From assembly GCA_002633005.1 (NCBI GenBank), contig NMRA01000593.1:1-64000 (forward strand): DNA of 64,000 nucleotides, in the 5' to 3' direction. Position numbers and translations under genes: made by a program. Below the pieces are notes generated by a model. That model had not been told where the DNA came from and did not search any database. It saw only the letters and a program-made list of their open reading frames with translations. Within the stretch, counting starts at the first letter, position 1. Each line of letters begins with the position of its first letter. Positions 52,144-64,000 of this stretch are shown piece by piece. Source of the stretch: Phoronis australis (lineage: Eukaryota > Animalia > Phoronida).

Positions 52144-53062
52144 CTATGGTAATAGATAAACAATTAGTCATTGGAGTCCTGACCCCACGATACATGCGTA
52201 AGTGGTGGTCTGCAATTGCCACCGATTTTTAGTACTTTAATCAATACTTCTCCACAGGTGGATCCTAGTCGGGTTAAGGGCGTCCAAATCCCCCTCTTTG
52301 CCTTCCTTAGTTTTAGTAATATCAAATCTAGAATTTTCTATTTGTTTACTTGAACCCCCCTTTTTATAAAATCCTTGACTTGACCCCCCTTTTAAAAGAC
52401 CCCGGATCTGCCTCGTACTCAAAACAAGATAATCAAGTAATGCCTTTATGGACCACTCTTAGCCAAAACATATCGATGAAACCCTCAAACACTTTGATAT
52501 CCCGATTTTCCTCAACAACTCTTAACTGTTTCCAAGTTGACGGGCAGTTGCCAGATAAACAAAAAGCGAGCAAATTACAATAATTATAGGGTTATTATTT
52601 ACTGTTCTAAAAAATCTAATTAATATTGGCGTTATCTACGAAAGCAAGGCTCAGCACAGCAATTTACCTCGTGTGCAGGCGATCTTCCGTTTGTACCTGA
52701 CTCAATGCTAGTAACTTTTGGTTTCGTTCGAGAGTTCACTAAAATGTTTCAAAAGCTCCGGAAAAGAACGAGTTGAAATGTAAAATAGAACAGTTTTGTA
52801 AAGCGTAACGCGTGATGTGTGGTCGTGATCATGTCTGAGCCTCGACTCAGGTATTTTGAGGTCTCGTCCGCGCTGACTCTGTAACAAAACTTGTGAAAGT
52901 TTGTCACAATATCAGTGACGTATTTCAATGTACACGAACATGGTATAACGTTTATCGCGCATGTCGAGTTACGCACCTGATGTTGTTTTAAGACAATTTA
53001 CACTTGAAGAACATAAAACTGCTTGTCGTCGCAGTTTTGCCAAAGAAGTTGATTCCACTAAC

Positions 53063-53194
53063 CTCGCTGATACTGACATCGGCCCCCAGCGAATTCTTCA
53101 AGGCAGGTGCAGTTGTAGTCTTCGCCATTCGCGATACACGTTCCATTGTTTCTACACTCGTGGAAGTTACAGTCAAAAAGACTGCAGTTGGTAC
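53063..53194 (-). CDS. Gene A exon: EGF-like domain
   Basis: TNCSLFDCNFHECRNNGTCIANGEDYNCTCLEEFAGGRCQYQR; 132 nt phase 1-1 (not in ORF track). Confidence 0.88.
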
Positions 53195-53333
53195 CTGTGT
53201 AAGAAGCACGTGCTTTACAATGACCAGTTGCAAACCGCTAACATCTTATTTTCCAGAGATTTGGTGTTATTCAATTTATTGAAAACAAACATATGTGGAC
53301 ACAGTTCAACAAAAAAACATTGTATGATCATAC

Positions 53334-53429
53334 CTGTAAAACCTGGTGTACATTCGCAGTAATACGAGCTCTTCCCATCAATGCAAATCCCATTATTCTG
53401 ACAGGGGAGTGATTCGCAGTCGTCAATTT
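53334..53429 (-). CDS. Gene A exon: calcium-binding EGF-like domain
   Basis: [33 protein letters not shown]; 96 nt phase 1-1 (not in ORF track). Confidence 0.9.
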
Positions 53430-53842
53430 CTGAAAGAAATGCAGTTGATTAGCTTACAACTTTCTTTCACGGGATTTTATTTCAATGAACTCATATTCAG
53501 CACAATACAAAATTAACCTGTCGCCATGACGTGGGCTAATTATGTTAACAAGAAAAATACTGGTTATGCACTATTAGTGTGGTAAAATTCTAATTACAGA
53601 ATGGCTTAGCCACCTTACTAAGTTTCCTGCTAATTCCCCTTGATTCTTGGTCACGAGTTGAGACAACTTTCATTATGGATTCGCCCTCATCCCAGCCGTC
53701 ATGCCGAGGAATTTCGGGTAATTTTGTCAGACTACGTTTGGCATCTACTCATGGCTCCCGGCCTTTTCACAGAAGGCATTTCAAGATAATCAAAGGTAGA
53801 TCAAACCGCAAATGATGATTATAGAGACTACATTTTGCGTAC

Positions 53843-54016
53843 CTTTACAGTCAGTGACATTTTTTGATCCAAGGAAATGAGAACGGGTACCGTATGGACA
53901 CGTTTTGCATTGTGATTGGCCAACTTCGTCTTGATATTCACCGATACCACACTCAGTACAAGTCTTCTCAGAGGAGCTCCTAACGCGGTCCACAAAAAAT
54001 CCCGCAGGACAAGTAC
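53843..54016 (-). CDS. Gene A exon: GCC2/GCC3 repeat
   Basis: TCPAGFF...CTECGIGEYQDEVGQSQCKTCPYGTRSHFLGSKNVTDCK; 174 nt. Confidence 0.9.
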
Positions 54017-54251
54017 CTTGAAAATGATGCAGTGACATTCAAATATGGAAGATTAAATAAACTTTATGTATGGAGACATAGATACAAAGTGTGAACACGC
54101 TTTTAATTAGAAATTTGTGTAAAAATCCATTATTTTCTTACTGAGGGAGGCAAAGGTCTTGACGACATGTGTGTATTTCATTTTTTTCCAAAGAACGAGT
54201 ACGATAGTGATATTTACGTTGCATAGTGTGCACAACTCATAAAATACATAC

Positions 54252-54558
54252 CGCAAGTTGTTGTTGACGGATTCGTAAAATAACCATCGTCACACTGCAG
54301 TTCAACGGATCCCGTCTCAATAACGCTTTGTTGTAGAGTGAGATTAAATTTTGTAGACAGAGGAAACGCAGTTTCATTTTTGACATCTTCTTGGACCTTG
54401 AGCAACACGTCACTTAACTTATCGTCTGCTGCATTGTAAACTTCGTCTGTATAATTTTCGTCTTTTGGAATGCTCACGGATAACGTGAAACCAATGGTTA
54501 ACTTGTTTACAGCTGAAGGATCATCTGTTACCGCCATTCTTTTCACTCGATCGAAAGT
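54252..54558 (-). CDS. Gene A exon: second half of SEA-like domain, begins with furin site RVKR
   Basis: TFDRVKRMAVTDD...LTIGFTLSV...ELQCDDGYFTNPSTTTC; phase 0->1. Confidence 0.85.
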
Positions 54559-55063
54559 CTGTGAAAGAAAAGAGGACTGGTCCGACTGAAAGTCATCATA
54601 GTTATCAAACCAAATAGGACACTTGCAAGTTCAGCAACTGAGCCTAGCAAGTGGGACAAAATCTCCATTCTGTCCCATAACGCCGCATTATTTCTGTATC
54701 CCTCGACGTGGAAAACCAGTATGAGTGTTTATAAACCTCAAGTGGATTCCTGCTGTGCAAGAACAGGTTAGCACAACTACGCCAAAGGACAAAACCCAAA
54801 CCTTATCAGACCAAAAAACGCCGTTGGTTTTCGTCTCTGGATTTTTGATAAATGAACAAAAATGATGCGGATTGCTTACACAAAGATAGGCAAATCATCT
54901 CAAAATGCATTGGTGTAAAAACCAGAAACAACGTTTTTCCAAATCCAACAGCAACGCATGAAATTGGAAAGCTTGCTCGAAGCGAGATTAGACACGTATT
55001 TTCTTGTCCCGTTTCGAGGCCAGTTGGGTGGTCACGGCAATATCGCTGGAATGAATTGCATAC

Positions 55064-55284
55064 CTGAGCACCACGTCTTCTGCGCAGTGTTCTACCACAC
55101 GAGACGTCCACGTTCTTGATAGAGCAGTCATTTCGAGGGTCGGTGCATATGCCTCTTAACGTTGATAGAACGTGTTGAATGAAGTTCGCTTTAATTTCCT
55201 GCATGGTGGAGGTTTCTGAACAAGAGCCATTTGTGCCGTAATAAAGTTTAGCCGGTAGTTGTAGACGGCTAGGTCGCTTCTTTT
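55064..55284 (-). CDS. Gene A exon: Cys-containing domain ending in RRRR furin site
   Basis: KKRPSRLQLPAKLYYGTNGSCS...DVSCGRTLRRRRGAQ; phase 1->0; paralogue of 287-501. Confidence 0.87.
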
Positions 55285-57535
55285 CTGTTGGAAAAAAGTA
55301 GTTATTCATTTGGCAATGTGTGGACGTCATCTATATCCTCAAATGAAACGCAACTGTTATGTGAGAACTACGACACCTGCAATGCCGTAGTAATATGTGG
55401 CAAAGGAGGGAGAGCCCACCCCCTTCCGCACATAAAGAGCACCCTTAGCACGAATGGGGTCCTCCAATACCCTTAAACCAAAAGAAGAAAGAACCTTGGG
55501 ACTCCGTTTGAGAACGAGACTATTAACTGATGAAAGGATATTTAATTCAAGCGGATACAAACTTGCGTTCCGTTCATAGGTCTCAAACTGTTCCTTGCTC
55601 AAAAGCGACTTATGGGTTTTCAAAAAATGACATTTCGTTATTCCTCGAGACTATCCTCGGCAAAGAAAATCTCACGCCGAGACAAGCCAACTTGTAGAAC
55701 CTGCTCTTAAGCAATATCGGGTATTAACGAACTGTCAGTTTTTTCGAAACCATGAAATCACTTCCGGTTTCACGAAAGTAGATGATCTAAATCAAAAGTT
55801 ACTTTTTGTCATGGAAGGCGGTTTTTTGAACTCAGAAACTGGGAAAATCCGAGAGGGGGAGCTAATGATAGAGGGTATGCCGTTATCAAAGCAGAAAAGG
55901 AGCGGAAGTCGATAGAAAAATTACGTATTTCAAAAAGGACCACAGCTGATTCCATCATCCTTTTCCAGATAGGTGTCCCTGAACGAACGGAATGTCTGCC
56001 TTTCTGATGATGATCAGCATAAGGCATTCTGCGTCTGTGCAGCTTGATCGTGAATATTAAATAATATTATTAGTGAATGATTTAACGTAACTAGACTTTT
56101 TTGATATCGTCAAGGGAAGTGACTCGACAAGTAACCAGGCGATGCCTGGATACACTGAGTACAGAATTGAGCTAATGCGTTCACATGTAAAACGACATTG
56201 GATGACATTGAACTATTGACGTAACTTCATTTTTAGTGCTGAGATTGTTCGCATAACCATATATCATAGACAACAGATTCGCAATTCCAACGTTCTTTTA
56301 CGAGTATTTTAGAAGAGGCTCTACTCTCCTAATCTAACAATTTCAGCTTCCAGTTAGTGTATCGTGACGGGAAATTCTCGCATCTATTTCGGTATCGAAA
56401 CGCTGTACAAAGTCTTACAATTATAGAACTATTGGTATCGTGAGTACTTTTGGCAAAGATACTACCCGACAACGCAACAGCCGACCATGCTTAGCAGACG
56501 ACGTACTTGCTGGAAGTAAAACTGGTTAATTTTGCCAAGTGTCGCTAGTAAATAGTGACGCCAGGGCTTCTGCGTAAGATAACAGTTTTCGTCCATTGAA
56601 AATATGCGGAGTTGGTGGTACATGTACTATAGCCTATGGTATGACGTATGACTTTGCATCCAACTTTTCATACAACTCTTAGACTGATGTTTAGACAGTT
56701 TTAACCTTTTGAGTACGGCTTCGGGTACGACTTTGGTTAAAAATGCGTGTCGAAACATCAGTCGATAAGTTGTTTACAAAGTGGTTTACAAAAAGTCAGA
56801 GTGAGAAGATAGGACTAAAGAGAGGGAATTTCACCAGTTTGTTGTATTCAATACCACAGACAACCCAGATCGCGCACAAAAACTAAATTTGTATCAAATG
56901 TGGGAAGCATTCGTTTTGTTTAAGAGTTTAATAATTTCATCCACGCTGATTGACTTCAATATGTGATAGCACTATCACTTAATGATTAATTTCGGATTTT
57001 ATGACTTAATGATCAAGTGACCTCAGTCATATACATGTAGCCAGTCATAAAACTTTCAAAATGGAGAACGGTAAATCATTTCTGCAATCTTGTAAAGTGA
57101 GAGTTTACATCACATTGTCAAGTATCATGTATTTCTGCTCCATGTTCTGCGGATAGGACTGGTTGAGAAAAGATAAAGCAGCAGCCATACATGTACAGCT
57201 GCGACGACGCTTGAATTCGATTGGCCTCGTACTGTACCTGTCCATAGTGCCATCAATACAATACTGTGTTAAAAAGGCTTTGTCTTACGCTTTCGCCTCT
57301 TGATAAACCATTCCAACATTTTCGTCTCATGGGTCTACGCCTAACTTGATCATAGAACATCGACATATGTCCACGACCCTACGTCATAGGTGATTATGTT
57401 TTAAAAAATTCCTATTCGTGTTGGCCTAATGATTACCATCTTATCGGAAAATGAATATCAATCGAATTGAAAATAGCGAATGGTCAGATGGCTTAGGGAC
57501 ATGTTCTTGAATAAAAACTCAAAAAGTATACTTGC

Positions 57536-57721
57536 CAATGCAGTCCGGAACTACAGTTGAAGACCAAATGCCACTACTGCAGAAGAAATTTCCAGTAGTT
57601 GTAACAGATCTCGGAATATCAAACCCAGTTCGGCAATGCATCGAGCATTGACGGAATGTGCTAATGTCGATACACGAGATGGAGCCGTTTGCAGGAGGAT
57701 CTAAGTTGCCACAGGAAGCAG
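57536..57721 (-). CDS. Gene A exon: Sushi/CCP domain (GC donor)
   Basis: ASCGNLDPPANGSISC...CSMHCRTGFDIP...FFCSSGIWSSTVVPDCI; G|gcaagt donor; paralogue of 2067-2249 (not in ORF track). Confidence 0.85.
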
Positions 57722-58059
57722 CTACGAAAGATAAAGTAAAACATTTTTATTTTTATAAAATACAATTCGGAAAAGAGGCAATTTATGCCCAAATAGAAAA
57801 CTCCGACTGTACTCTTAAGCACATGACGCATCGCAATGACCAGGAAAAATAATGAATATAGAATGGCCATTACATGACATCTGGCGACGCTTCGAATTGT
57901 GTAGCACCGGAGACACTACATAAAGTAGTTTGTTCGGCCTCTCGGTTTCGTACATGAAAGCTAATACATAGAAATCTGTTGAAAGCAGTCTTGTTGGTAA
58001 ACGCTTTGAACTTTAAAAAGGTTTTAACAAGTCAATTAATGACAAATAGCCGCCCGACC

Positions 58060-59110
58060 CACAACAAATTGCAACAAAAGGTTTTACAGTGGTTTTATGC
58101 TTTACTGTGTATACTTATTAACAGGAAAAAGGTCTACCAAAATCTGACCACTGGGAATGCTTTAAAACTGTGTCATTTCCAAGATTGCCGCCACGACGTT
58201 TCAAAACCACTAAAACAGCTATAACTTATTCAATAATTGTGATAGAGACATAATTTTTGCTTCCATCTTATTGTTTTAATGGGTGAGAAACTCATTTGTG
58301 TGGTTAAAATTCAGATTTGACCAGTATTTGATATCAGTGAAATTCAAGATGTCGACTAAAGGTGAAGAACGAAAAATCATTGATTTATCCATTATTTTTA
58401 AAAAATCTCAACCTCTATAACAAAAGTATGATTACCATTAGATGTGACTGCTTTCTGATAAAATGATATTAAAACATTTAGATGTAACTGAATTCTGACT
58501 GAAGTATTTTAACATATGAGCAATGCATTTGTATTTAAGCTGTCAAATATTTAATCTAATAAATTGGCTTGACATAAACGTCACAAAAATGGTCTAGTGT
58601 ATATTTGCTTGCCACTGGTTTTTATTTAAAAAATTCGCAAAGGAAACTAAGAGCCCATGTCAATAGGCCAACATCAGTTTGAAGTGCCCCACAGAGGACA
58701 CTCTAACACAGGGTTCACAGCCTCGCTTTGACATATCACTTAAGGAGCAGACGACAAGACAGCAAACAGGACTCGGTTTGTAATTTTCACCAAAAAAAAA
58801 TTGAATTTCAACAAACACTCTTACTGTGACTCCCATATACATTTTTAAGAATGAGAGCTTGTGATATTTATGAAGATATCTGTCCAATTTGCAAGGACAG
58901 GCTTGAAAATACATGTAAAAGTGACTTTGTGGAAGTTCGTCAGAAGGGCACTGACGGCATCAATGCAGCCAGTGTTCAGAGAGGCGACAAAATTGACGTG
59001 ACAGTTGGATGCAAGGTACACACAGACTGTCGTAAACGATACATTAGTCAACAACAGAAACAAGTGCCATCCCAACCATCCAAGAAGCGAAGCTCACGCG
59101 AATCGGACGT
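58060..59110 (+). mobile_element. Fragment of a DNA transposon, Academ-like
   Basis: ORF 58851..59159 CPIC...KGTDGINAASVQRGD...VHTDCRKRY...KKRSSR resembles N-termini of Academ-type transposases; upstream caagat(t/g)(g/t)c subterminal-like motifs; boundaries approximate. Confidence 0.4.
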
Positions 59111-59556
59111 TCAGTTAGACCACCTCGCGCATTGTTATAGTAACTTCTATCTGTTCTAGAATTAGGTGTCTCTCTTACTAAAACAGAAAACCACCAAGAC
59201 AACGCGCTTGCTAAGTTAACGCATATTCTTCAAAACCTAAAACTAGCTGTCTTATCTATGTGATATCCGGTCAAGATGTCTCCACTATGCGCTATTTTCA
59301 AGCAAAAAAGCATCACATTATTTTATGATATCGGGCATCAGAAGCAATATCAAACGACCATAATTGTTTCTGATTACTCTGCAACCCTTAATCGTCTGTA
59401 TTCCGAACTATTTTCAGCAGACTCGCGATTTTTTTTTTTTTTGCGCCAGGTTGTTTGGTTGATCTTGATTACCCAACTTCTGGTTGGTCCGCTTTTTCCA
59501 CCTGATGACTGAGGCTCTGCGCGCTCTAGTGGCCAAATTGTGGCAAATGAGGTACT

Positions 59557-59600
59557 TTTTGCGCAGGCTTTTGCGCAGGCTTTTGCGCAGGCTTTTGCGC
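59557..59600. repeat. 12-bp tandem repeat (TTTTGCGCAGGC), about 3.7 copies
   Basis: Direct reading; source of AQAF/KACA/RKSL repeats in spurious ORFs. Confidence 0.85.
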
Positions 59601-59938
59601 ACAATATGAATAAGATAATACACGCTAATGTTGACTTGCGTAGTAAATGTATAGAGGCAGGCGCTGGTCTTCTGCATTCACTTACATGTACGAATAAGCT
59701 TTTATCTTACCAATTTAACTTTTATAATCATAACTTGCTTGGTACTGCAACTAAGTCAATCCGTTTTATTTATTTAATGTCTTTACGTAATACAAATTCA
59801 GGAGAACTACGTTCTACAGTGAAAAATATATTATTACAAGCTAAAACCATGTAAAAGTATTTTCGCGTTAAACATTGTACTAACAAGAACTTTAATTTGA
59901 CTAAGCTGCTACACTGCATGTGAAATGAAGGCACAAAC

Positions 59939-60187
59939 CGTCGATGCTGATGGTGTATGCGCATATGGTTTGAGTGCCAAGCTCTACGTCAGTTCCCGTG
60001 CACGTGATTCTATGTTCACCAACCCCCAAGGTCGCTGTGTCTGCCCTGTAATATGGACAAACGGTTTCGATGGCACCCCCTCTGACGCTGATAAACGTAG
60101 GCTTAGGTATCACCACTTCAAGGCGTAGACTCGTTGTTGTAATGTTTATCCCACCGGAACAGTTGGTCATTTTGGGAGGCTGGTCCA
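59939..60187 (-). CDS. Gene A exon: HYR-like domain
   Basis: DQPPKMTNCSGG...VVIPKPTF...TCTGTDVELGTQTICAYTISID; 249 nt phase 1-1. Confidence 0.87.
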
Positions 60188-62275
60188 CTGAGAAGTAAAA
60201 TGCGCGTCATATTAAGATATAACACCATGACAAACAAAAACGAGTCGACAAGTACATGTATTAGTTGCAAGTAACCTGTACCACATTGTCTGTTTTATTG
60301 TTTAATGAACACTCGCTCAAACTGTATACTCGTCAATGCCCCATATATTATGGAACACCAAGTGTTCTTTTGAGATTGCGTGCATTGCACTCGTTCATAC
60401 AAGTGGATCATAAGAGAACATTGCACTGGTTGATGCGAATGTAATGTACTCGTGAATCCCAAAGTTGCTGATTTCATAGTAAAACAGTTCTTTGCACTCG
60501 TTTCGTGCGCCATTGGCATCATACGAGTATGCTCTGTGGCTTCCTTTGACGAATGCCATTCTTCAGCGACGATTGCCAGATTACATTTGCATGAACTCAG
60601 AGAGTGCAATGCACGGGTCATGAACAATGCATGCCTCAAGTTCTCAACAGAACACGTTGGCGTTCCATACCAAAGAACAGGTCCAAAGCAAATGTCCAAG
60701 AAACATTACTGTAAGCATAAATGGATTATATGTTGACGCTGGTGACTTCGAAGAAGTGTCCATTAAACATGTAAACAAACAACAGTGTCGTTTTTCCAAT
60801 TAATTTAATATAAATATTCCCTACTTCATGCAAAACAACTAGACGTTTGGATTTACTCTTAATCCACAAACAAGTTCCAAAATTCTCTAAAATGGGACAA
60901 CAGCAACGAGGAGCGTTGAAAAGCGCCAACAATTAAACCGGAAACGGTGTACATTTACGGGTATTTGTTAGTATCATGAAAATGACCGTTAGGTGACGCA
61001 AAATACGTCGAATCTGTACGAAATCAAAATGGCGTCGTCGTCACTAACACAAAGCTATTGGCAAAATTTCATTAAAACGCGTCAGTACGAACACATATGC
61101 CAATTTTCAAAAAACGCCTTGTTCGGTTTGACAGACACAGAAGCAGACATAAAGCAGGTTTAAAATAATAAAAACGGTCATTAGGTATTGCAAAATACGT
61201 TGAATACATCCCAAAATGGAAGGATGCTGTAGTCTTCATAACAGAAACTTTGCGAAAAATGATCAAAGGGATCTGAAGATACCTAGGCAAATGAAAACAT
61301 TGAAACCGTTACAAGAGAGCACAGCTATAGTCAGAGTTGTTCATTGCCACATTTATAAGAAAACATCTGAAAAATGTCACCAAGCTCTTGCAAAGTGATT
61401 GAGAGCTACAGGCATAGCCGCAAAAAAAGACAAAATCGACACTAGGCAGCGCCATAGTTATGAGATACGTCCCAAAGTCAACGTCAATCATGGTTTTCTT
61501 ATCAGTAACACCATTCCTAAGTTTAATAATTATCATTTGAGTGCTTTGACGTCTTTACGAGGCAGACGCCAGAATCAAAAATGGCCAATGGTGACACAGA
61601 GTTCGTCGAATCTGTTGTTTTTTTAATAAAAACCTATTTGCTAGAGTTCACGAAAGTACATCACTTAACTCCAAAGAAACAGAGACAAATGTAAGAAGAT
61701 AACACATCTGCCAAAGTTCACGAGGAACCTGCAAAGGGTCACGCAGATACAACCAAGGACGAAAAAATTAACACAAGGGGTACCAGAGGAATCGAACCCG
61801 TTCGAAAACAGAAGCTGCAATCTTGTTGTCCGGAACACATCTGCCAATGTTCATAATGATCATTTGATTGGTTCAGTGGATAGAGAGGCGGACGTCAAAA
61901 ACACACTCAAACATTTTCAAAATTAACATTAGGTGGCGCAGAATACGTCAAATTCGAAAAACAGGGAGAACACGTCGTCGCCTCCTTAATAGAAACCCGT
62001 TCGCCAAATTTGATGAAAATTCATCCAGGAAGACCAAAGAAAAAAATAAATTTACCACTGAGAACGTAGTTTGGTGGCTCCGAAATTCGTCGTCGTCTGT
62101 TGTCAGGTTCATAGTTACGCATCTGCTAAATTTCATTAATAACCTGCAAAGAGTTTAGGATATACATGTATAGTAGCGGCAGCCAGTATAACAGACACCC
62201 AGACAGAGATAACGGCAATATGCACCCTCACATATGCATATGTGAGCACATAAGAATGGTTTCAAATCTGCTTAC

Positions 62276-62470
62276 CCCAACATTCCGGAGGATTTGGACC
62301 TCCCACCCAAGTTCCAGTGACTGCACAGGTATACCTAGCCTTGAGCCGCTGTGTCTTAGGTATTTTGTACCCTCGGATACACGAGTAAGTGCAAACACTG
62401 CATTAGGTGTCACCAGTGCAGTTGGCATGTCCGTTTGCGATGTGAGGAAGGCTTCCGTTGCACTTTAAAA
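62276..62470 (-). CDS. Gene A Sushi exon carrying an in-frame TAA (62403-62405); gene extends beyond right edge
   Basis: LKCNGSLPHIANGHANCTGDT*CSVCTYSCIRGYKIP...YTCAVTGTWVGGPNPPECW; intact cag / G|gtaagc splice sites; paralogue of 6931-7128. Confidence 0.8.
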
Positions 62471-64000
62471 CTGCCAACAGAGGACGGGTTTTCTTATGCA
62501 ATTTATCTTTGAGTCAGTCACAATTTAATCGACAAGATGTGCTCGTGAAACAACAGATATGAATGTGTCTTCTGGCTGGCTAAAACGTTGTGTAATAACT
62601 GTTGGGCACCGGCTTGCCGTGAAATTTGCAAAGGACACCAATTCGTCCACAATCTTGAATAGTAGATAAGTTAAAGTAAACAACAAATTAAGGTGCGTTT
62701 CAACTGTAAGAGGACAGAAACTAAAGACAAGATATAAGATGTTCTATTGCAATTTTCATATTACTAAAATATCAAGGTTGTCGCGCGCCCTTTTTTCTTT
62801 TTGACAACTGCGTAGGCTCAACATCGTAGAGCATTTGAAAATGGTGATATGAGTAAAAATTCAGCAATTTGCGAGGGTCAGTCAGTTTTTATGGAGTCTT
62901 CCCCTTTACCACCATTCATGGTGTCAGTCATGAAGAGAAAATTCTTCAAATCGACTATACTTTGTTGCAAAGGAAGCTTTTAAATCTTGACGGTATTGAT
63001 TTTTTTTCAAATTTTTATACCTAAATTATTACCATTACGGACAACGCAGGATTGGCCGATCAGGAAAGCCGGTGATTCAGATTTAACTTTAAGTTTCTGT
63101 GTCCAGACAAACTCGCAATATTCACGTACATGTGGTATAAATTTATTATCAAACGATGTTTCTACAATTTAATAGCTATTTTCAAGAGAAATCTGCAGTT
63201 TATTGCTGGTTTCCTGTAGAGGACAAAGTAATATTCGGTGTGTTTACTCTACCTAGTTCTACCACACTAGTGTGCATGTGCTGCGCATAGACTCTATTCA
63301 CGCGGTGGACATTAAAATCCAAAGCGAGGCTCACTGCGATAAATAAAGCGAAAGTAGACATTGCGTGAGTTAAATAGCCGGTCTTTCGAATCCAACCTGG
63401 ATACTGAATTTCAATAATGTGTCAACAATTAAACCACACAGACGTAGAAAATTACATTAGAGAACATGTTAAGGCGTCAAAGAGTTGTCTGACGAAAGGG
63501 TTTAATTTTTTTTCGGAAAACTAGGTTCGAAACATGAAAAGTAAATATGACCAAATTGCGGCGATCGTAGTGTTACGGATTAGGTTTTATGCTGAATGCA
63601 GGGTTACGTTTTTTCTTGTAAATTGTTGATCAAAATACTTTCTACGCGGACCAGGTCATCTGCTCGTATTGTTGACGAGTTGAAGACATATTCGACAGTG
63701 GTGGCTGTCATGTGCAATTAGTCACATCTAGTTTAATTTGTTGATCAAAAATATTAAAATCAAGCATAGCCTGATCCTATGCACTCCCTGGGACTAACAG
63801 TTGATTTGTCATTGATGTGAAAGAATAATTGATGTTATTAAATATATTTTTATTAAATTAATAAACCGGACTCGTAATTGAAAATAAAAATTATTTGACC
63901 ATCAATTCTGCTTTCTTGGTTGTAATAATTCCTACGTCTGTTTCATGTGTTAGATTTCAAGTATCAATTTGGACCAAGCTGAATTTTAAAATTAAAACAC

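Noticed and set aside
59374-59854. ORFs with KACA/RKSL/AQAF repeats
   Set aside because: Translations of a 12-bp minisatellite
60295-60736. Overlapping ORFs with WYGTPTC (Sushi-end-like)
   Set aside because: No complete Cys scaffold and no phase-compatible splice sites
37682-62470. Assigning the symbol SVEP1 or uif
   Set aside because: Only partial architectural similarity; no vWA or pentraxin domain seen, TSP1 repeats present, orthology not testable here

Overview
Eukaryotic (metazoan, probably marine invertebrate) genomic DNA: AT-rich, intron-rich and full of transposon remnants. There are no prokaryotic operons, CRISPR arrays or RNA genes. The window holds a head-to-tail, minus-strand cluster of paralogous multi-exon genes for large modular extracellular proteins resembling the N-terminal half of SVEP1/polydom and Uninflatable. 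Gene A (3' part, 62470->37682, 22 exons, about 1330 codons visible) reads Sushi-HYR-Sushi-[furin-site domain]-GCC2/3-EGF-EGF-TSP1x3(4)-EGF-EGF-TSP1-Sushi-[basic-site domain]-GCC2/3x2-S/T stalk-TM-cytoplasmic tail with LNYQAM. Gene B (5' part, 26767->287, runs off the left edge) reads signal peptide...HYR-like-Sushi-Sushi-HYR-Sushi-HYR-Sushi-HYR-Sushi-[furin-site domain]. Between them lies a hollowed-out relic copy C (~28060-32770) that keeps only promoter/exon 1/intron fragments/3'UTR. Gene A has an in-frame TAA in one Sushi exon and a GC-AG intron. Insertions include a young 5'-truncated CR1-group LINE with a 12-bp TSD, a THAP DNA transposon split by a nested insertion, a Kolobok-like element, MITEs and an Academ-like fragment. 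A 1.4-kb duplication joined by a single N is probably an assembly artefact. All exon boundaries were read by eye from GT/AG signals and phase consistency; no database searches were run.
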